Source of the DNA: Octopus vulgaris
Lineage: Eukaryota
DNA length: 64,000 nt
Assembly (NCBI GenBank): GCA_951406725.2
Contig: OX597818.1
Coordinates: forward strand, 69,998,001 to 70,062,000
Direction of reading: 5' to 3'
Positions within the stretch are counted from its first letter, which is position 1; the number at the start of each line of letters is the position of its first letter. A program made the position numbers and the translations under genes. The notes beneath the pieces were generated by a model. It was not told the origin of the DNA, did not search any database, and worked only from the letters and a program-made list of their open reading frames with translations. This document shows positions 14,495 through 28,560 of this stretch, one piece after another.

Positions 14495-15890
14495 GTATAT
14501 ATACATATCTTAGTGCATTCTGATTGAAACTTCTCATTTAGAAACAGTTGAAAACAATGATGAAATTGTTTGTTGACCAGTTGAATCTTGAAGCTTTCTA
14601 AAAGTGAATTACACCTAAATTAGGGTAGAAGACTTAATCTAATGTAGACTCATTTGAACACTGGACAAAATGCTTTGTGATATTTGCTCCAGGATTGGAC
14701 ATCTTTACATCCTGAATTCAGTATTTCAGTAATAAATTGCAGTATTTTGCCCATAATGAACCCTGTGCTCAGCTAAAAGTATTTAACAATTATTATTATT
14801 ATTGTAAGTATCAATGTTTTTAATGAGTCATTACAATTTAGCTCCAAGCGCAATCCTGATCAAAGGTTTTCCAGTCATGACCATCCTAACTTTGTAAAGC
14901 TATCTAGGATTGTAGTATTAAATATGTTCTTCCAATATTTTTAAAATCATAAAATATAATCTGAGCGAGATAAGGCCACTCTTAATCCTGCCAAGTGACC
15001 ACAATCATAGAGGCTCTCTTTTTGGTTCATCACTATTGAATGATTATCGAAGACACTTTGGTCAACTATTTGAGTCTGAAGTGAAAATTTGATGAAGTAA
15101 TCTTTGCTTTCTATTCTTCTGGAGGCAATAAAATAAATCAGAAATTCAGGGTGATCGATTAGTAGAACTAAGGGTGTTGGAGAAGTATGAGGGTGCTTTG
15201 GGGTACTTGTTCTAGTTGCCAGTTAGGTGTGACAAGCTTACTTGTATTTAACCAACAAGATGGTATCTTTTGAAATATACTCGACAGATATGCCAACTTG
15301 GTGTTCTATCATGAAAATTCCTTGGTAAGGACATAACTTTTCTCAAGGACATTCTCAGAGGTCATTTCTTTTACTGATGCTGACTCTTGTGTTTAGTGTT
15401 GCCAGCCATTGGTCTATCTGATGCCATTCTTCATTTTCAAATAACATAATTTATTTCATATCTTCACTTGTTGAACATCTGCCTGCCATGGATAATATTG
15501 GTGCTGTCAAAATGGTACCAGTCTGAAAACACGTGGATACAAACACACACAAAGAGTCATTCAGTTCAAGTCACCCAAATTCCACTCTGAAAGTATTGGC
15601 ATCACCAAGATCATGGTAGAAAATATTTATCCAAGGTGCCACACAGTAGGATTGAACTTGACACCACGTTTGTAAAACAAACTTCTTAAATACACAACCA
15701 TCTGAGTTATTGTCTCATGAACGATTTCAAAGTAAAATCAGTAATCCAAGGAAATTGATGGTGCTTTGTACCAATAAATTATTGATCAATAGGAAGAATT
15801 GATAAGAGATTCTATCAGTTCAGTAGCTGTGGGGAAGGAAGAATCCATCTGGTTGGACTTTTTTTTTCTCTTTAGCTGAGAGTGAAGACG

Positions 15891-16190
15891 GTGAGGAAGA
15901 GAGGAGGAAAGTGAGGAAGAGAGGGGGAAAGTGAGGAAGAGAGGAGGAAAGTGAGGAAGAGAGGGGAGAAGTGAGGAAGAGTGGAAGGAAATGAGGAAGA
16001 GAGGGAGAGAAATGAGGAAGAGAGGGGGAAATGAGGAAGAGAGGAGGAAAGTGAGAAAGAGAGTGGAGAGGTGAGGAAGAGACAAGGAAAGTGAGGAAGA
16101 GAAGGGGGAAATGAAGAAGAGAGGGGAGAAGTGAGGAAGAGAAGGGGAAAGTAAGGAAGAGAGGGGGAAAGTGAAGAAGAGAGGGGGGAA
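15891..16190. repeat. 20-bp purine-rich minisatellite, 15 units (GTGAGGAAGAGAGGRGGAAA)
   Basis: Units start at 15891, 15911, 15931 and so on to 16171. The unit length is not a multiple of 3. Confidence 0.95.
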
Positions 16191-17322
16191 GCGACATTGT
16201 CATTTTGGTTTTTGGTAAATGAATGATAAAGAAACTGGAGTGGTGTTTAGAAAGGCCATTCTTCACTCCTGAGAGAATCTGAACCAAAAAAACTGTTCAA
16301 GAGATTATTTCTAGATTCAAGGTTTAGTTTATATTTAGATTGACTTTCAAATGTGGTGAAAAAAGAAAGGAGAAAAGCTCCCAGATTCTTGTTCTTGATG
16401 AACGTTTTGATAGCAAATCCACAATATTCACCAGTCCAAACTATTTTGGTAACAAAAAATAATAAAAATATGGATGAAACATTAGCTATATTAAGACACT
16501 GTTATCGCCTGCCTAACTTCACTAGCACCACGTTAATGGGTGTGTAAAATATGGGAGATTTTTCTGTCACACTATGAGAAGCACTTGTGTTTTGAATTGA
16601 ATTTTGTTGATCAGTTTATTCCCTAAGCAGTCACTTTCCTTGATGCTGAAATCCTCATTAATTTTTCATATTCCACTTGAAGATGAAAGCAAGAGTGGAG
16701 AGTGATCTGTTGCCCTCCAATAAACCTGCTGAGAGCTGGGTGAAAGAAGCAATCATAGTTTGACTGAAGGGGCCTACCCCCAGCATGCACCTGTAAACTG
16801 GAGATTACAATTAGTACTGACTCTACTACAAGATCTGTGGAGTTCCATGCTTGGCTGTAGATGATGATCCTGTTCTTGGGACTTTCGGTGAGGAGCATCC
16901 AGTTGTTGACCTACTGAACTATCTCCCTATCGGATTTTGGTATGAATGTAGCTGAGGGGTCAACAAACACCGGGACTTTTAATTGTAAAGTTGAGTCCAT
17001 CAAACAGGCTTCCACACAGTCACCAAATAATTTTTACTCCTGAGACTTGGTTGAATGCAAAGCTATGGGCAAAAATGGCATGTATATAATTGTAGGGTGT
17101 CTAGACTATGTTACCTGCAATACAATATATTGAGTACAATTTGCAGACTGTGTACACTTTCGCTTGGTTATTTTCCCTCTCTTCACTCATTGACTTCCTT
17201 AAAACTTTCATTGCAATGTCATCTTATGCCTCAACCTGATGACCAAACTCAGGCACAAATTGTTGACTATCTTTGTGATATCCACATTATCTATGCCCCT
17301 ATGGCTAACAAAAGAGCTTCTT

Positions 17323-17341
17323 GTTCTTCTTCTTCTTCTTC

Positions 17342-17428
<87 letters not shown>
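17323..17428. repeat. (TTC)n(TTA)n microsatellite
   Basis: Directly visible; source of the poly-Y/I/N/L ORFs. Confidence 0.95.
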
Positions 17429-17779
17429 GTATTGTTAGGAGACAAGCTGGCAGAATCCTTATTGTGTGAGGCAAAATGCTTAGCAACATTTCTTCTGTTT
17501 TTTTTTACATTCTGAGTTCCAATGCTGCTAATGTTGTCTTTGCCTTTCATCCTTTCAGTTTTGATGAAATAAAGTAACCAGTCATGTACTGGGGTCAATC
17601 CAATAAACTAAATCCTTTCTCTAAAATTACTTACCTTGTTCCGTAATTAGAAAGAATTACTACTGCTGTTATTATTGTTAATTATTTTTTATATTTATTT
17701 ACACACACACATATATCTATGGAACTCCCCCACTGCCCTTATTTTCCAGGAAGGTCTTTTGGACCTTGTCGCTAATAAA

Positions 17780-18185
17780 ATATTATTATCATTTAAGAAG
17801 TCACACAGTTTCCAATATCGTGAGGTTGTTGATTGAAGTCTACTGGGGGTTTGTACTCTCTGTCAAGTCACATCAAGGACCCCAGACAGACAGTACTTTA
17901 CACAATATATGCACAGTTCCAAGTAATACTGACTTTTGCAATACATCTAGATTGTAAGGTATTTCTAACGTTTCCAGATGTTTTTTCAGCTTGGGTGGTA
18001 TTGAACCCAATGCTCCGATGACAATAGGGACAACCTTTATGTTTGACTCTCGTAGCTGCCACGTCTTGGCGATTTCAATTCTCAGGTCCCCATATTTATC
18101 AACCTTTTCTTTTTCTTTCATGATGATATTTTGATCTTCTGGTACTGTCACGTCTATTATTAGGCACTCTTGTTTGTCCCTCCTA
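17780..18185 (-). mobile_element. R4/Dong-clade non-LTR retrotransposon 3' fragment (RLE domain)
   Basis: ORF 17873-18151 reads VPEDQNIIMKEKEKVDKYGDL...VVPIVIGALGSIP...LQKSVLLGTVHILCKVL, the characteristic R4/Dong C-terminus. A short 3'UTR ending in TAA repeats follows. Confidence 0.85.
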
Positions 18186-18254
18186 AAGGTTACTATAGCT
18201 GGCCTTCAGTATTTCTATTATTATTATTATTGTTGTTGTTGCTATTATCTTTAC

Positions 18255-18475
18255 GGTGGTGAGCTGATAGAACACTTAGCAGGCTGAACAAAAGGATTAG
18301 TGGCAGTTCTTTTGTCTCTCTTTTGCTTTCTGAGTTCAAATTCCTCCAAGGTTGACTTTGCCTTTTATTCTTCCAGGCTCGATGAAATAGATACCAGCTA
18401 TGCACTGGTGTTGATGTAATCAACTTACCTCCTCCCCCAAAATTTCAGGCCCTGTGACTATAGTAGAAAGGATTA
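18255..18475 (+). mobile_element. Meta-like tRNA SINE
   Basis: GGTGAGCTGATAGAA head, GAGTTCAAATTC B box, GTTGACTTTGCCTTT core and (TAT)n end. Similar copies lie at 17438, 19125, 28565, 28795 and 59090. Confidence 0.75.
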
Positions 18476-19735
18476 TTATTGTTGTTGTTATTTATTCACA
18501 ACTTGAATGACTTCCTTTTCAATTATACCTAGTGCTTAACTGTAGTAGTAGTAGTAGTTGCTGTTATAGAAAAAGTCAGAGTAGTAATGTACCTACATAT
18601 GACACCAGATAACTATCGCTACACTCACCCCCCTATAACAATAACGACAACAACCACCACAACTATATCACAGGTAGCAGTGTATAGAGGCAGCGTTTAC
18701 TTCCATCCAAACACACACAGCTAAGTTGCTGATGAAAAATATTAGATTGGACTTTCTGCTCAAACACACAAACACAAACCTCAAATAGCTGTCAGTTGTT
18801 TAGTTTATAGCATTCTGTATTCTTCAGAGATGTCAACCATTCACTAAAAATATTATTTTTTATTTAATTTAATTTGTAAGAAGCAAAACAAAAATTCCAA
18901 CCATGTTTTTTTTCCCTTTCTGTCTCAGTATAATCTATTATAGATTTTTTTTTCCAAAAAAATAAATAAAAATCAAATATTTCTCTCTTTCCATCTCTCT
19001 TTTCCTTTCCCATAAAAAAAAAACATTTCTACCATTCCCCCGCAAAAATACCAAATGAATTAAAAAAAAATATTATTAATGAAAATTTTTGTTTTCATAT
19101 TTTGTACAAAATATTTTTTTATTCTATGAGCGGTTAGGGCATTGGAAAAAAACTGCTTTGCAGTATTTGTTCCAGCTTTTTACAATCTGAGTTCAAATCC
19201 CACCCAGGTCAACTCTACTTTGTGTCCTTTCAAGGTCAATATAGTACCAGTCATGTACTGGGACCGGTATTATAGGTTAATCACCTCCTTTCAAAAACTA
19301 CTGGCCTTGTGCCTAACTTTGAAGTTATTATCGCTTTTTTAAATTTCACTTCTCAGAGCTCTTGATTTCACTTGCTCCTGTTAATTTTGTAAGAGCAGAC
19401 AGCAACTTGCTGTCAAAGGTCTCCCAGGGTCAGTTTCCATGATACTTAACATCACTGTACCAGTCTCCAAATTGACACTCTCCCCAATTGACCAGTTTTC
19501 TAAACATGTTCTATCTCCTTGTCAATCCCAAATTTACCAATAAATTTCTCATACCTGGTTGTTAATGCTCCTCCCTGTACCTCCACAGCTACAGGGATCA
19601 CAGTTATTTTCTTCATTGCCCACATCCATGCAATCTCATCTTTTCTGTCTTTTCCAATTCTTTATCATTAACTCACACAGGTGGGGCAATATCTACGCTC
19701 TTGGTTTCCTTCATCATTTTATCAAGTATTATCAG

Positions 19736-19867
19736 CTCTTTGTTGGTAAAGTAATGTCCTGGTCCCTCGTGCACAGTTAGGGCACTCATGGTACATTGTG
19801 TCAACTCTTTGTTGGTAATGTCCTGGTCCCTCATGGACTGTTAAGGAATTTGTGGCACATTGTGTCA
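19736..19867. repeat. local ~65-bp tandem duplication
   Basis: CTCTTTGTTGGTAA..TGTCCTGGTCCCTC...CATTGTGTCA occurs twice head-to-tail. Confidence 0.8.
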
Positions 19868-20656
19868 GAACGTCTGTATCTCTAGATAATGACATTATTT
19901 CAAATTACGACATTATCTGGGTGAGTTAGGTTACTGGGGGTGGAGTAGGGTGAGATTCTATGAGGTGTATGAGGAATTATCTTATTGATAATGTGTTGTG
20001 TAGGGTGAGGACTGCAACTAGCAGAACTAATTTAGAGAGTCGTTAGCTCTGGTATGGATGTTACTTTTTTGTTCATATTCTTCAAAACCTAAACTCTGAA
20101 GCTCCAATATGAAGTGGAAGTTTAGATCTGGTTTCTTTTCTCTTACTTAGGTGCTGGCAATCACATGTGATAGGCATTTGTTTCCCAACAACACGGTTTC
20201 TGGTTCAATCCCACTGAGTAACACCTTAGGCAAGTGTCTTGTGTTATAGCCTCAAGCTGACCAGCCAAAGCTTTATAAGTAGATTTAGCAGATAGAAACT
20301 GAAAGAAGCCCTTCATATTTATGTCTATGTACATGTGCTACAGTTTCCTTGTCTTAAACTTCATGCAGTAGATGTAAACAAATACCATCATCATGCTATG
20401 TAGAGTCTTTCTTTTCCAAATGTTTGCAAAAATATGTGTGGTCTTGGGAAACTATTAAATTGCTTGTGGGTTGGCAACAGGAAGAGCACCTACCTGTAGA
20501 AAATGCTCCTCAACAAATTCCATCCAACCCATGCAAGCACATTGGAAAGTTGACTTTAAGTGATGATGAGCCAAAAGACATCATGCTTATTGACATCATT
20601 TTTTTCAAGAAACTTGTAATTTGATTACCATCATCATCATCATTGCTATTATTATT

Positions 20657-21195
20657 GAGTGAGAGAGCAGAGCATGCCATCAAAGTGACACAGGATAAAA
20701 TATACGAAGCCCAGTATACCCATCATGACTACCCATCTAATAAGGTTACACCAGGCACATGCATCATAACCACATGTGCGAGACATGGTGATCTCATATC
20801 AAGATAAATAGTGTGTGACCTTGCAGGTGGGGCCCAGTTAGAATTTTCTTCAGGTTGAGTAGCCCATCCAACTCAAAAGGTCCCTGAAAAAGGGTTATTT
20901 AAGCATGTAGAATGAAACACCCATGTTTCCAGAGGTGAATTGTCCAAACCCCAAAGAATCCCTCTCAACACATGGCTATGACGATCTTCCACTACTTCTG
21001 CTCATGATCAGAGATGCACATATCATCAGCCACTAAGGGACATGCTCATCTGGTTAAGGTCAAACAACTGACAAGCAAATCTGTGGTATTGAGCAGAATA
21101 TTTGCTGTAGCCCATCTTTTATGCCAAGACAAACAATGTACATGATAACACTTCCAATCAGTTAAGATCAAAAGCCACAAGAGCCAATGCCTGGT
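20657..21195. mobile_element. ~540-bp non-coding interspersed element, copy 1, flanked by (TAT)n
   Basis: Aligns by eye end to end with 30516-31053, with matching termini GAGTGAGAGAGCAG and CTGGT. Confidence 0.85.
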
Positions 21196-21199
21196 ATTA

Positions 21200-21865
21200 T
21201 TATTATCATTATTATTGCAGTCTGGATACAAAATTTTATGTTTTGTTGTTGTTTGTTTTCTTTATGCTGCCAGTCCTTAACAAAAAGCCTTCAACCGAAA
21301 ATATCTTTCTTTCGAATGTATGAGCTGTTCCAAGGAGGGAAGATTTTTGAAGCACTTGCATATTTACCTTGATAGCTAACCTTTCCCTATGATACAAATG
21401 AATTTTGAAATGAAATCCAAGGTGCAAGATTCATTTGGGATTCTTCCATTCGCTCCACCTTACCTTAGGTTTCTTGTGACTCTTAGTAATATGGCTTACT
21501 GTAATATTCCTTTTCGAACTTCAGTCTCCAGTCGTCTTCAAACATGATTTATGTCATTTAGCAAGTTCCCTCTACACTCTGTTATCACCCAGAGATGTTA
21601 CATCAGTAGTTGTTCAGTATCTTTCCTATCTGGTAATGATAACAATGTCTGGTCTCCTGACCTCAACCTCTTTATCTCATTGAATGATGAAACCCCACCA
21701 CAACTTATCTTCCTCTGTATTATGGTGATGTTTATACCAGCTACCACCTCTGTCCATGTTATATTTTTTATACAGTTTCCAACCAACAATACAACAGCAA
21801 GAATAATAAGGATAACAACAACAATAGTGTTGCCAAAATGTTATTCCTACTAATTATTATTATCA

Positions 21866-21911
<46 letters not shown>

Positions 21912-22195
21912 CATTATTATTATTATCATTAACATTATTTTGAATGTCTTATCTTTTTAATTCCATGCATTCACTGTAGTATCAAGCACAGTTTCTGTGT
22001 GTGATGCCTTGGGTATGTGCAATAGTTTGATTTGGTTTAGTCTATTGTATTGACAGCACATTATGTAATATCTGTGCAGTGCCTGGTGGTACTGTTTTCC
22101 TATATATTATTGCATCTATATTTGTCAGTCCTGGGGTTTGGGTTATGTATTTGTCTATGTGTTCATCAATAACTCCCAAGGCATGTATTATTATT
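21200..22195 (-). mobile_element. three decayed R4/Dong 3' fragments separated by TAA tracts
   Basis: Minus-strand translations: QVLQKSSLLGTAH (21236-21427); KNITWTEVVAGI... plus ILQ*AILLRVTRNLR (21420-21800); ALGVIDEHIDKYITQTPG...PGTAQILHNVLSIQ* (21930-22195). Confidence 0.7.
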
Positions 22196-25100
22196 ATTAT
22201 AAGGATCGGTTCTATTTCCAATCCTCACATTTTGGTTGTTTTCTATGACTGCTATTCAATTTGTGTGTGAGTGTATTTGTTTTCATGCCATGGCAGATTG
22301 ATATAATCAATCTTGGCTATTGGCTATGATCCCACAATAAGTGCATTTCTATTTGTGCATACATGCATTTGTACATATATGCAAGTGTGCATCTGCACAC
22401 TGGAATAAAAGGTGATGATATGAATTTACACAAACTTGTAATTTGCTTTTTTTTATTCACTTTTTCCTTTTTTAAATCCCAAAATGTTTGTTTTCATTAA
22501 CATATTTACTTGTTATACATTTTTCTTGCCCTTCTGACAAATACAAGAATCTTTATTAATATTATTCTTGTTGATGTTAGAGAAGGTTCCTTGTTACAAG
22601 AGTTCTTATTTCCTAGTAAGTGTTTTCCTAAGACTCTCCTCATTTCCCAAGAATCATGAATATTTGGGTTTCACTTTTGAAAGGTTTGCCAAGGAATCCT
22701 TCAAAAGCCTGTTTTGTTCCTTTTATTTACAACCACTTGAGTTCCGTATTACCATTATTCTGCCAATTCCTGATTCTACTTGTATATGAAATTCTGTTTG
22801 CATATCTGAGCCATTGACAAAGTAACCATAGTGGAGGACTTAGGAGAGTTACTTAAAAGAAATGTTGTTCTACTGTGCGTGTGTGTGTGTGTGCATGCAT
22901 GTGTGTGTGTGTGTGCGTGCGTGTGTTTTTACATGTAGCAGAGGTATCTATAAATATTGATTTTATAAGGCTGTTTATTATTTTCAAGATGTCATTATTT
23001 AAGTATGAGATCATTATTCTTCTTGTGGTCTTCTCTCTAAATGCCATTGATTTTTGTTTTTTCTTCTCTTGGAGAAAGAATTTTTCATATGATACAAGTG
23101 ATACATCCTCATCGTTGCTTTAATTCTTCCTGCATTTCTATGATTGCATAAGTCAAACAGAATTTGCCAAAGCAGATTTCCTGTACAGCCAGATGCCCTT
23201 CCTGTCGCTAACCCTCACTTGTCTCCAAGCAACATGAAATATCCCCTTGACTGGGGATAATTTCATGGCAGATTGGAAATGGTCCCCATCAACCCTCTCT
23301 TGTAAAATGCTGATGTCCATTTACATCTGCCCCACAATGTCAGAACAAGGACACATACATGCAACAGTCTTTTTTCGGTTTCTGTTCACCAAATCCAATC
23401 ACAAGTTTTTGATCATCTGGGGGCTTTAGTAGAAGACACTTGCCAAAGGTATGACCCAGTAGGACTGAACCCAATCCACATAGTTAGGAAGCAAATTTTA
23501 ATTGCATGACCACCTCTGCTTAAAAAGAAATTTCTAATTTTCTCAGTGTGAAAGAACCAGCTATTTTCTTTCTTTCATATTTTTCTGTCTTATTCATTTT
23601 GCCCGACTTTAATATTAAAAACAGAGATGACAGTTATAGCCTTATTTCTGCAGAACCTTTATTTCAAAAGCTTTTATATCTTGAAATTTTTTCAGTCCCC
23701 ACTTTTTTTAAAATATATATATTCTAAGCTGCAATGATCAGATAGAATTTGATAATTCTTTATAATTTTCCTTCCAGTTTTGATTTACAATATCTAGTCT
23801 CTTGTCCATTGTCTCTCTCATCATTCTGCTACAATTTCCAGAAATGAACTTAAACCATTTTTCATTTATTGATGCCTAACCTTAGGTTGTTCTTGATGCA
23901 GTAGACCAAAGGTAACACCTACTATGCCACTGCATCTTAAACTTTAACACAGTTCACCTTGGATTACATTATTAAATGTTTCGGTCTTCTTGGCCACTCT
24001 TACTGCATCTGAGGAATTTTTTAGAGTATCAAATCTATATCTTACTGTTTCTATAGACAGCATTGCATGGCCTGAACCATTCTTCTGGGGAATTAGATTT
24101 TCAGTTTTTATATCAGACACCTTTACGTATTTGGCATATTGGTTCCACTGAATTCTTCAGAACATTTTTTTTCCTTTGAAGTATTGATGAGATGAAAGCA
24201 TTCTTGTTTCTAGTCAAATCTCTGTTTTTAAGTTATGCTCGCCTCCCCCCCCCACTCCCCGCCCACTTGACTGCTTTGTATAACACAGTTAAGTTTACTT
24301 ATGTTGATACCAATACCACATTTAGTTTAGAATTGGATGAATGCATTGTCTTTAGGCGAGTTTCCATTGTATTTTTTACTTTAGTTTACATCTATGGCAA
24401 TATTTCTTTGCGTAAAATCCATAACTGGAAGAAACTGGTGGAACTCAGCATCCCTGTTAAACACTCTAAGAGAGAATACGATAGTTTAAATGAATGTATT
24501 CAATACAAAGAATAGAGCAGGGTCATTACTTCTGGCTCAGGTCTTCTGTGAAGAGAGAGAAGAAAAGAAAGATCAGGAACTCTTGGTTTCTTTCTTCAAA
24601 TAGCAGACTTTCTTCTTTTCTTGTAGTAAACATATATTTGATGTAGCAAACTTCTTATAATCTTCAGTATGCTATTGTTTTTCATATTGTACACGTACAT
24701 AAATACACACACACACACACACATTTATATATATTTGTACATGTGTACGGAATGTGCATATTTTTCACACAAAGTACAATCATGTCATTTCCTTCACATC
24801 AACTTCCCAGCCAGAGCACTTTCACAGCCAAAACTATGAGGTTCAAAGGTCACACTTTGAAATTTCTTTTTCTTAGTTTCATTTAAGATGCATTAACATT
24901 TACAGTATATTTTATATAGCAATTACAACAAATCTGACCAAACACTTTTCTCTCCATACATAATATCTATAAAGAAATTCAATGCCTTTTTATGAGAAAT
25001 ATTTTTGACTAGGATTTCATTACCCATAATTCTAAGCCTATATTGTTCACTGGTACATGTGCTTCCTCTTCTGATTCACCAGTGAGCTGCCTCTTCCATC

Positions 25101-25532
25101 ATTATTTTGTTCTGTTCCTTAAATCTGGCTGGGCTCATGCCACTTCCACTCTATCTTTCCCATTTCATTTCTTCTTCCCATTTCTCCTTTTCCCATCAGC
25201 CTTGCTATGTGAACCCACAGGCACCATTCTAATCAGTACACCCAGTACTTTCCAACAAAAACCTCATCCCTCTGGAATTCCCACCTTGCTCATATATTTC
25301 CTGCAGATGTTCACTTATAAGGATTCAAGAGGGAACATTAATGACATTACTGGACTTGGTGGACCTTCAAAGGACATGGACATTACCTCTTCCTACAGAA
25401 AATAAAAAAAATTGTATATATTATATATAAATAGGTGCACCTGTGAATGTGAATGAGTAGCTCAGAGGTTTACTTCTCTATGGTTTTAGGTTCTATTCCA
25501 CTGCATGGCACCTTGAGTAAGTTTGTTCCTTC

Positions 25533-25822
25533 TCAAGCCATGCCTGGCTCATAAGGGCTGGTTTCCCGGTTTCCTTGGCGTATAGGTTCCCCACCTGGAT
25601 GGGATGCTGGTCCGTCACAGGTGAGCTGCAAGATGCAGGAGGAAGGAGTGAGAGAAAGTTGTGGTGAAAGAGTCAGCAGAAGTTTGCCATTACCTTCTAC
25701 TGGAGCCACGTGGAGCTTAGGTGTTTCACTCATAAACACACACATCGCCTAGTCTGAGATTTGAACCTGTGATCCCTCAACCGTGAGACCACTGCTCTAA
25801 CCACTAGGCCATGTGCCTCCAC
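25533..25822 (-). mobile_element. tRNA-derived SINE with V-SINE-like 3' half, nested in a CORE-like SINE
   Basis: Minus strand: TGGCCTAGTGGTTAGAGC (A box), GGTTCAAATC (B box), then CTGTGACGGACCAGCATCCCATCCAGG. Host SINE halves lie at 25435-25525 and 25835-25900. Confidence 0.75.
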
Positions 25823-26179
25823 ACCTTTAGTAACGGACTTCTACTATAGCCTTGGATCGATCAAAGCCTCCTTGCTTGTGGATTTAGAAGCAGAAAGGAG
25901 TTTGTTGTTTGTCCACGTTTAAAAAATATATATATGTAGGTATTTATGTCTCTTTGTCTTGACGTAGCTCGATAGTTGTAAATGAATGTCCCTGTCATAG
26001 AAGCAGTGTCAGTCATTTCCAGATTTCCATGGAAAATATGTCTGGCTACGGGGAAATATTATTTTGTTTGGAAACAAGTGTGGTTGCCAACAAGGATATC
26101 CAACCAGAGCTGCCTCAATAAAATTCTGTCCACCCCAAGAAAGCATGGAAAAATAGGCATTAAAATTGTGATAATGCCT

Positions 26180-26578
26180 TACTGGCACTTGTGCTTGTGC
26201 TAGGAGGGTGCCAAGAGCACCATCCGAGTGTGATCGTTGCCAGAGCAGCCAACTGGCTTCCATGCCGGTGGCACATAAAAGGGCACCATTTGAGCATGAT
26301 CGTTACCAGCGGCGCCTTACTGGTACTTATACCGGTGGCATGTGTAAAAAGATTCGAGCTAGGTCGTTACCAGTACTGCCTGACTGGCCCCCATGCTGGT
26401 GGCACGTAAAAAGCACTACATTCTCGAAGTGGTTGGCATTAGGAAGGGCATCCAGCTGTAGAAACTCTGCCAGATCATGATTGGAGCCTGGTGCAGCCAT
26501 CTAGTTTGCCAGCCCTCAGTCAAAATCGTCCAACCTATGCTAGCATGGAAAATGGACGTTAAACGATGATGATGATGC
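26180..26578 (+). mobile_element. RTE-tail element with internal GCCGGTGGCACGTAAAAAGCAC repeats
   Basis: Repeated GGTGGCA..TAAAA units, then GGCATTAGGAAGGGCATCCAGCTGTAGAAAC...GGACGTTAAAC(GAT)n. Confidence 0.8.
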
Positions 26579-27360
26579 ATACATACACAGACAAATACAT
26601 AACCATTTCTTCCAAAGGGTTTTCACTTCCCCTTTACACCTGGGAGATGGTTTTTTTATTATTTTTCATTTTATTTATTTTCTTGTTTTGTCTTTTGTTA
26701 TTTTCACCAGTTTCGTAAACAGTCTGAAGAAATGTGTTTCCTACAATACTAGCAGCTTTCTGGCAAGCATCTGTTCACAACTTTTCATAATTATTTTTAT
26801 AAGCAGCCAATGAAAAATCTGTATTTTGATATTGTATTTAGTGGTCTGTGAGTTGTTCCCTGATTTTATAGTCCATTTACCTTTTTTTTAAAAATTTTTT
26901 TTAGTTAATTTCCTTTTAATTAACAATATTGGGGTCATGTGTGACTACAGCCATACTCTTCTTAATTGCTTCCATATTTTTGCATTCAGCTTATTTTCTC
27001 ATGCCTAGTTTTCTTGGCAGCAGAGATTTTTTTTTACCTCCATTTAATGGAGTTCTTTAACATTCCATTCTTGAGGATTCTTAAATAGTCGCTCAGCCAT
27101 CTTCAGGATTTTGATTATTGTAATCATCCCATGCAAATAGCTTTATTATTATTGTTGTTATTATTATTCCAGTTGGTAATTGCTATCAGGGAGCAAATGA
27201 CAGAACTGGTGGAACATTGGAGAAAATCAACCAGGCTGTACAGCTATATCCATTATATTCTGACTTCCAGAATCAATAAAAAGCTAGTCAAATACTGGGG
27301 GTAGTTTTAATGAGGAGTACCTCCAGAAAAATTTGTGATCATAATACCAATGTTAAAAGT

Positions 27361-27960
27361 ATTATTATTATTATATGAAAACTCACTGCTTATTTTGCTT
27401 GGAATGATGGCAAGTGTCAGCAGCCCACAGCCAGCAGACTAAGGTGACACTTGTTTTACTGGTCATGCTTCAAGAACCCTGCAAAGAATTCTTGCAGTTC
27501 CAAGCAATGCTGAGTTTTGTAGGTGTTCTACCTTCACACTTTCACTTAACATTTTCAACCATACTGGTAGCTGAGTGCTGATGCTTCCAAATACACCAAT
27601 TACTATTCGTATTATCTCTGCTCTCTTCATCAACAAAAACCTTTGTAATTGTTTATTTTTAAATCATCAAAGTTGTTTATTTTTTTCTTCTTTCCCATTG
27701 ATCTTGTTGTGTTCGGGAAATGCTATGTCAATTATCATACTTGTTCTTTCTTTTTTATTCACTTCAACAATGTCCAGTTTCCTATGTCTGGTCACGTGAT
27801 CATACCGGATCATTACATCCCACAGGATTTTGCACTTCTCATTTTTGGTGACTCCTGGGGTTTGCTCATACCATATCTTTGATCTTTGTTGGCCATGATT
27901 TCCAACAAATGCTCTTTCATTTCCTTTTCCATTATTTTGTTGCACTCTAGTACACCAAGG
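27361..27960 (-). mobile_element. R4/Dong 3' fragment (RLE domain)
   Basis: WYEQTPGVTKNEKCKILWDVMIRYDHVTRHRKLDIVEVNKKERTSMIIDIAFP, later LQNSALLGTARIL, then a (TAA)n tail. Confidence 0.85.
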
Positions 27961-27984
27961 TATTATTATTATTATTATTATCAT

Positions 27985-28560
27985 TATTCTCTTTCTATGT
28001 TGTCTCTATTTCTTGCTGTGTGTCTTCCTGACACCTAGGGCAAGGAAAATCACTGTATAGGCCATCAGAATAAACACTCCAGATTGTCCATTTGCAAAGC
28101 CATATGATAAACAAAAAGGGAAAGAAAGAAATAAAGAAAAAATGTTTGAAAATTTTTTTTTTAATTTAAAAAATAAAAAAGGAAAAAGTGGACAAAAGAA
28201 ACAAATAAAATGGGGAAAAAAAAGAAAGAAAATTCACAGCGACAGTGTTCTTTCCAATAAGTGTGATGGACCAATTGATACAATCTTTAGCAGTTCTTGC
28301 AAGAATGATAAGCCGGATATCTTCCTCAAATAATTTTCCGTTCCTTTTCTGATCATTCCATGTGCTCCCACAATCACTGGTGTTGTAACTGTCTTGAGAT
28401 GCCACATTTTTCCGATTTCAATCAGCAAATCTTTATATTTTCTGAACCTATCAAATTCTTTTACTGAGACATTATGGTCACAAGGTATGCTCATGTTAAT
28501 CAATAAACAGACTTTGTTCCTCTGGTCTTTCACCACAATATCTGGTTTATTAGCCTTAAC
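27985..28560 (-). mobile_element. R4/Dong 3' fragment (RLE domain), distinct subfamily
   Basis: KANKPDIVVKDQRNKVCLLINMSIPCDHNVSVKEFDRFRKYKDLLIEIGKMWHLKTVTTPVIVGAHG...RTLSL. The 5' end abuts a plus-strand SINE at 28565. Confidence 0.88.
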
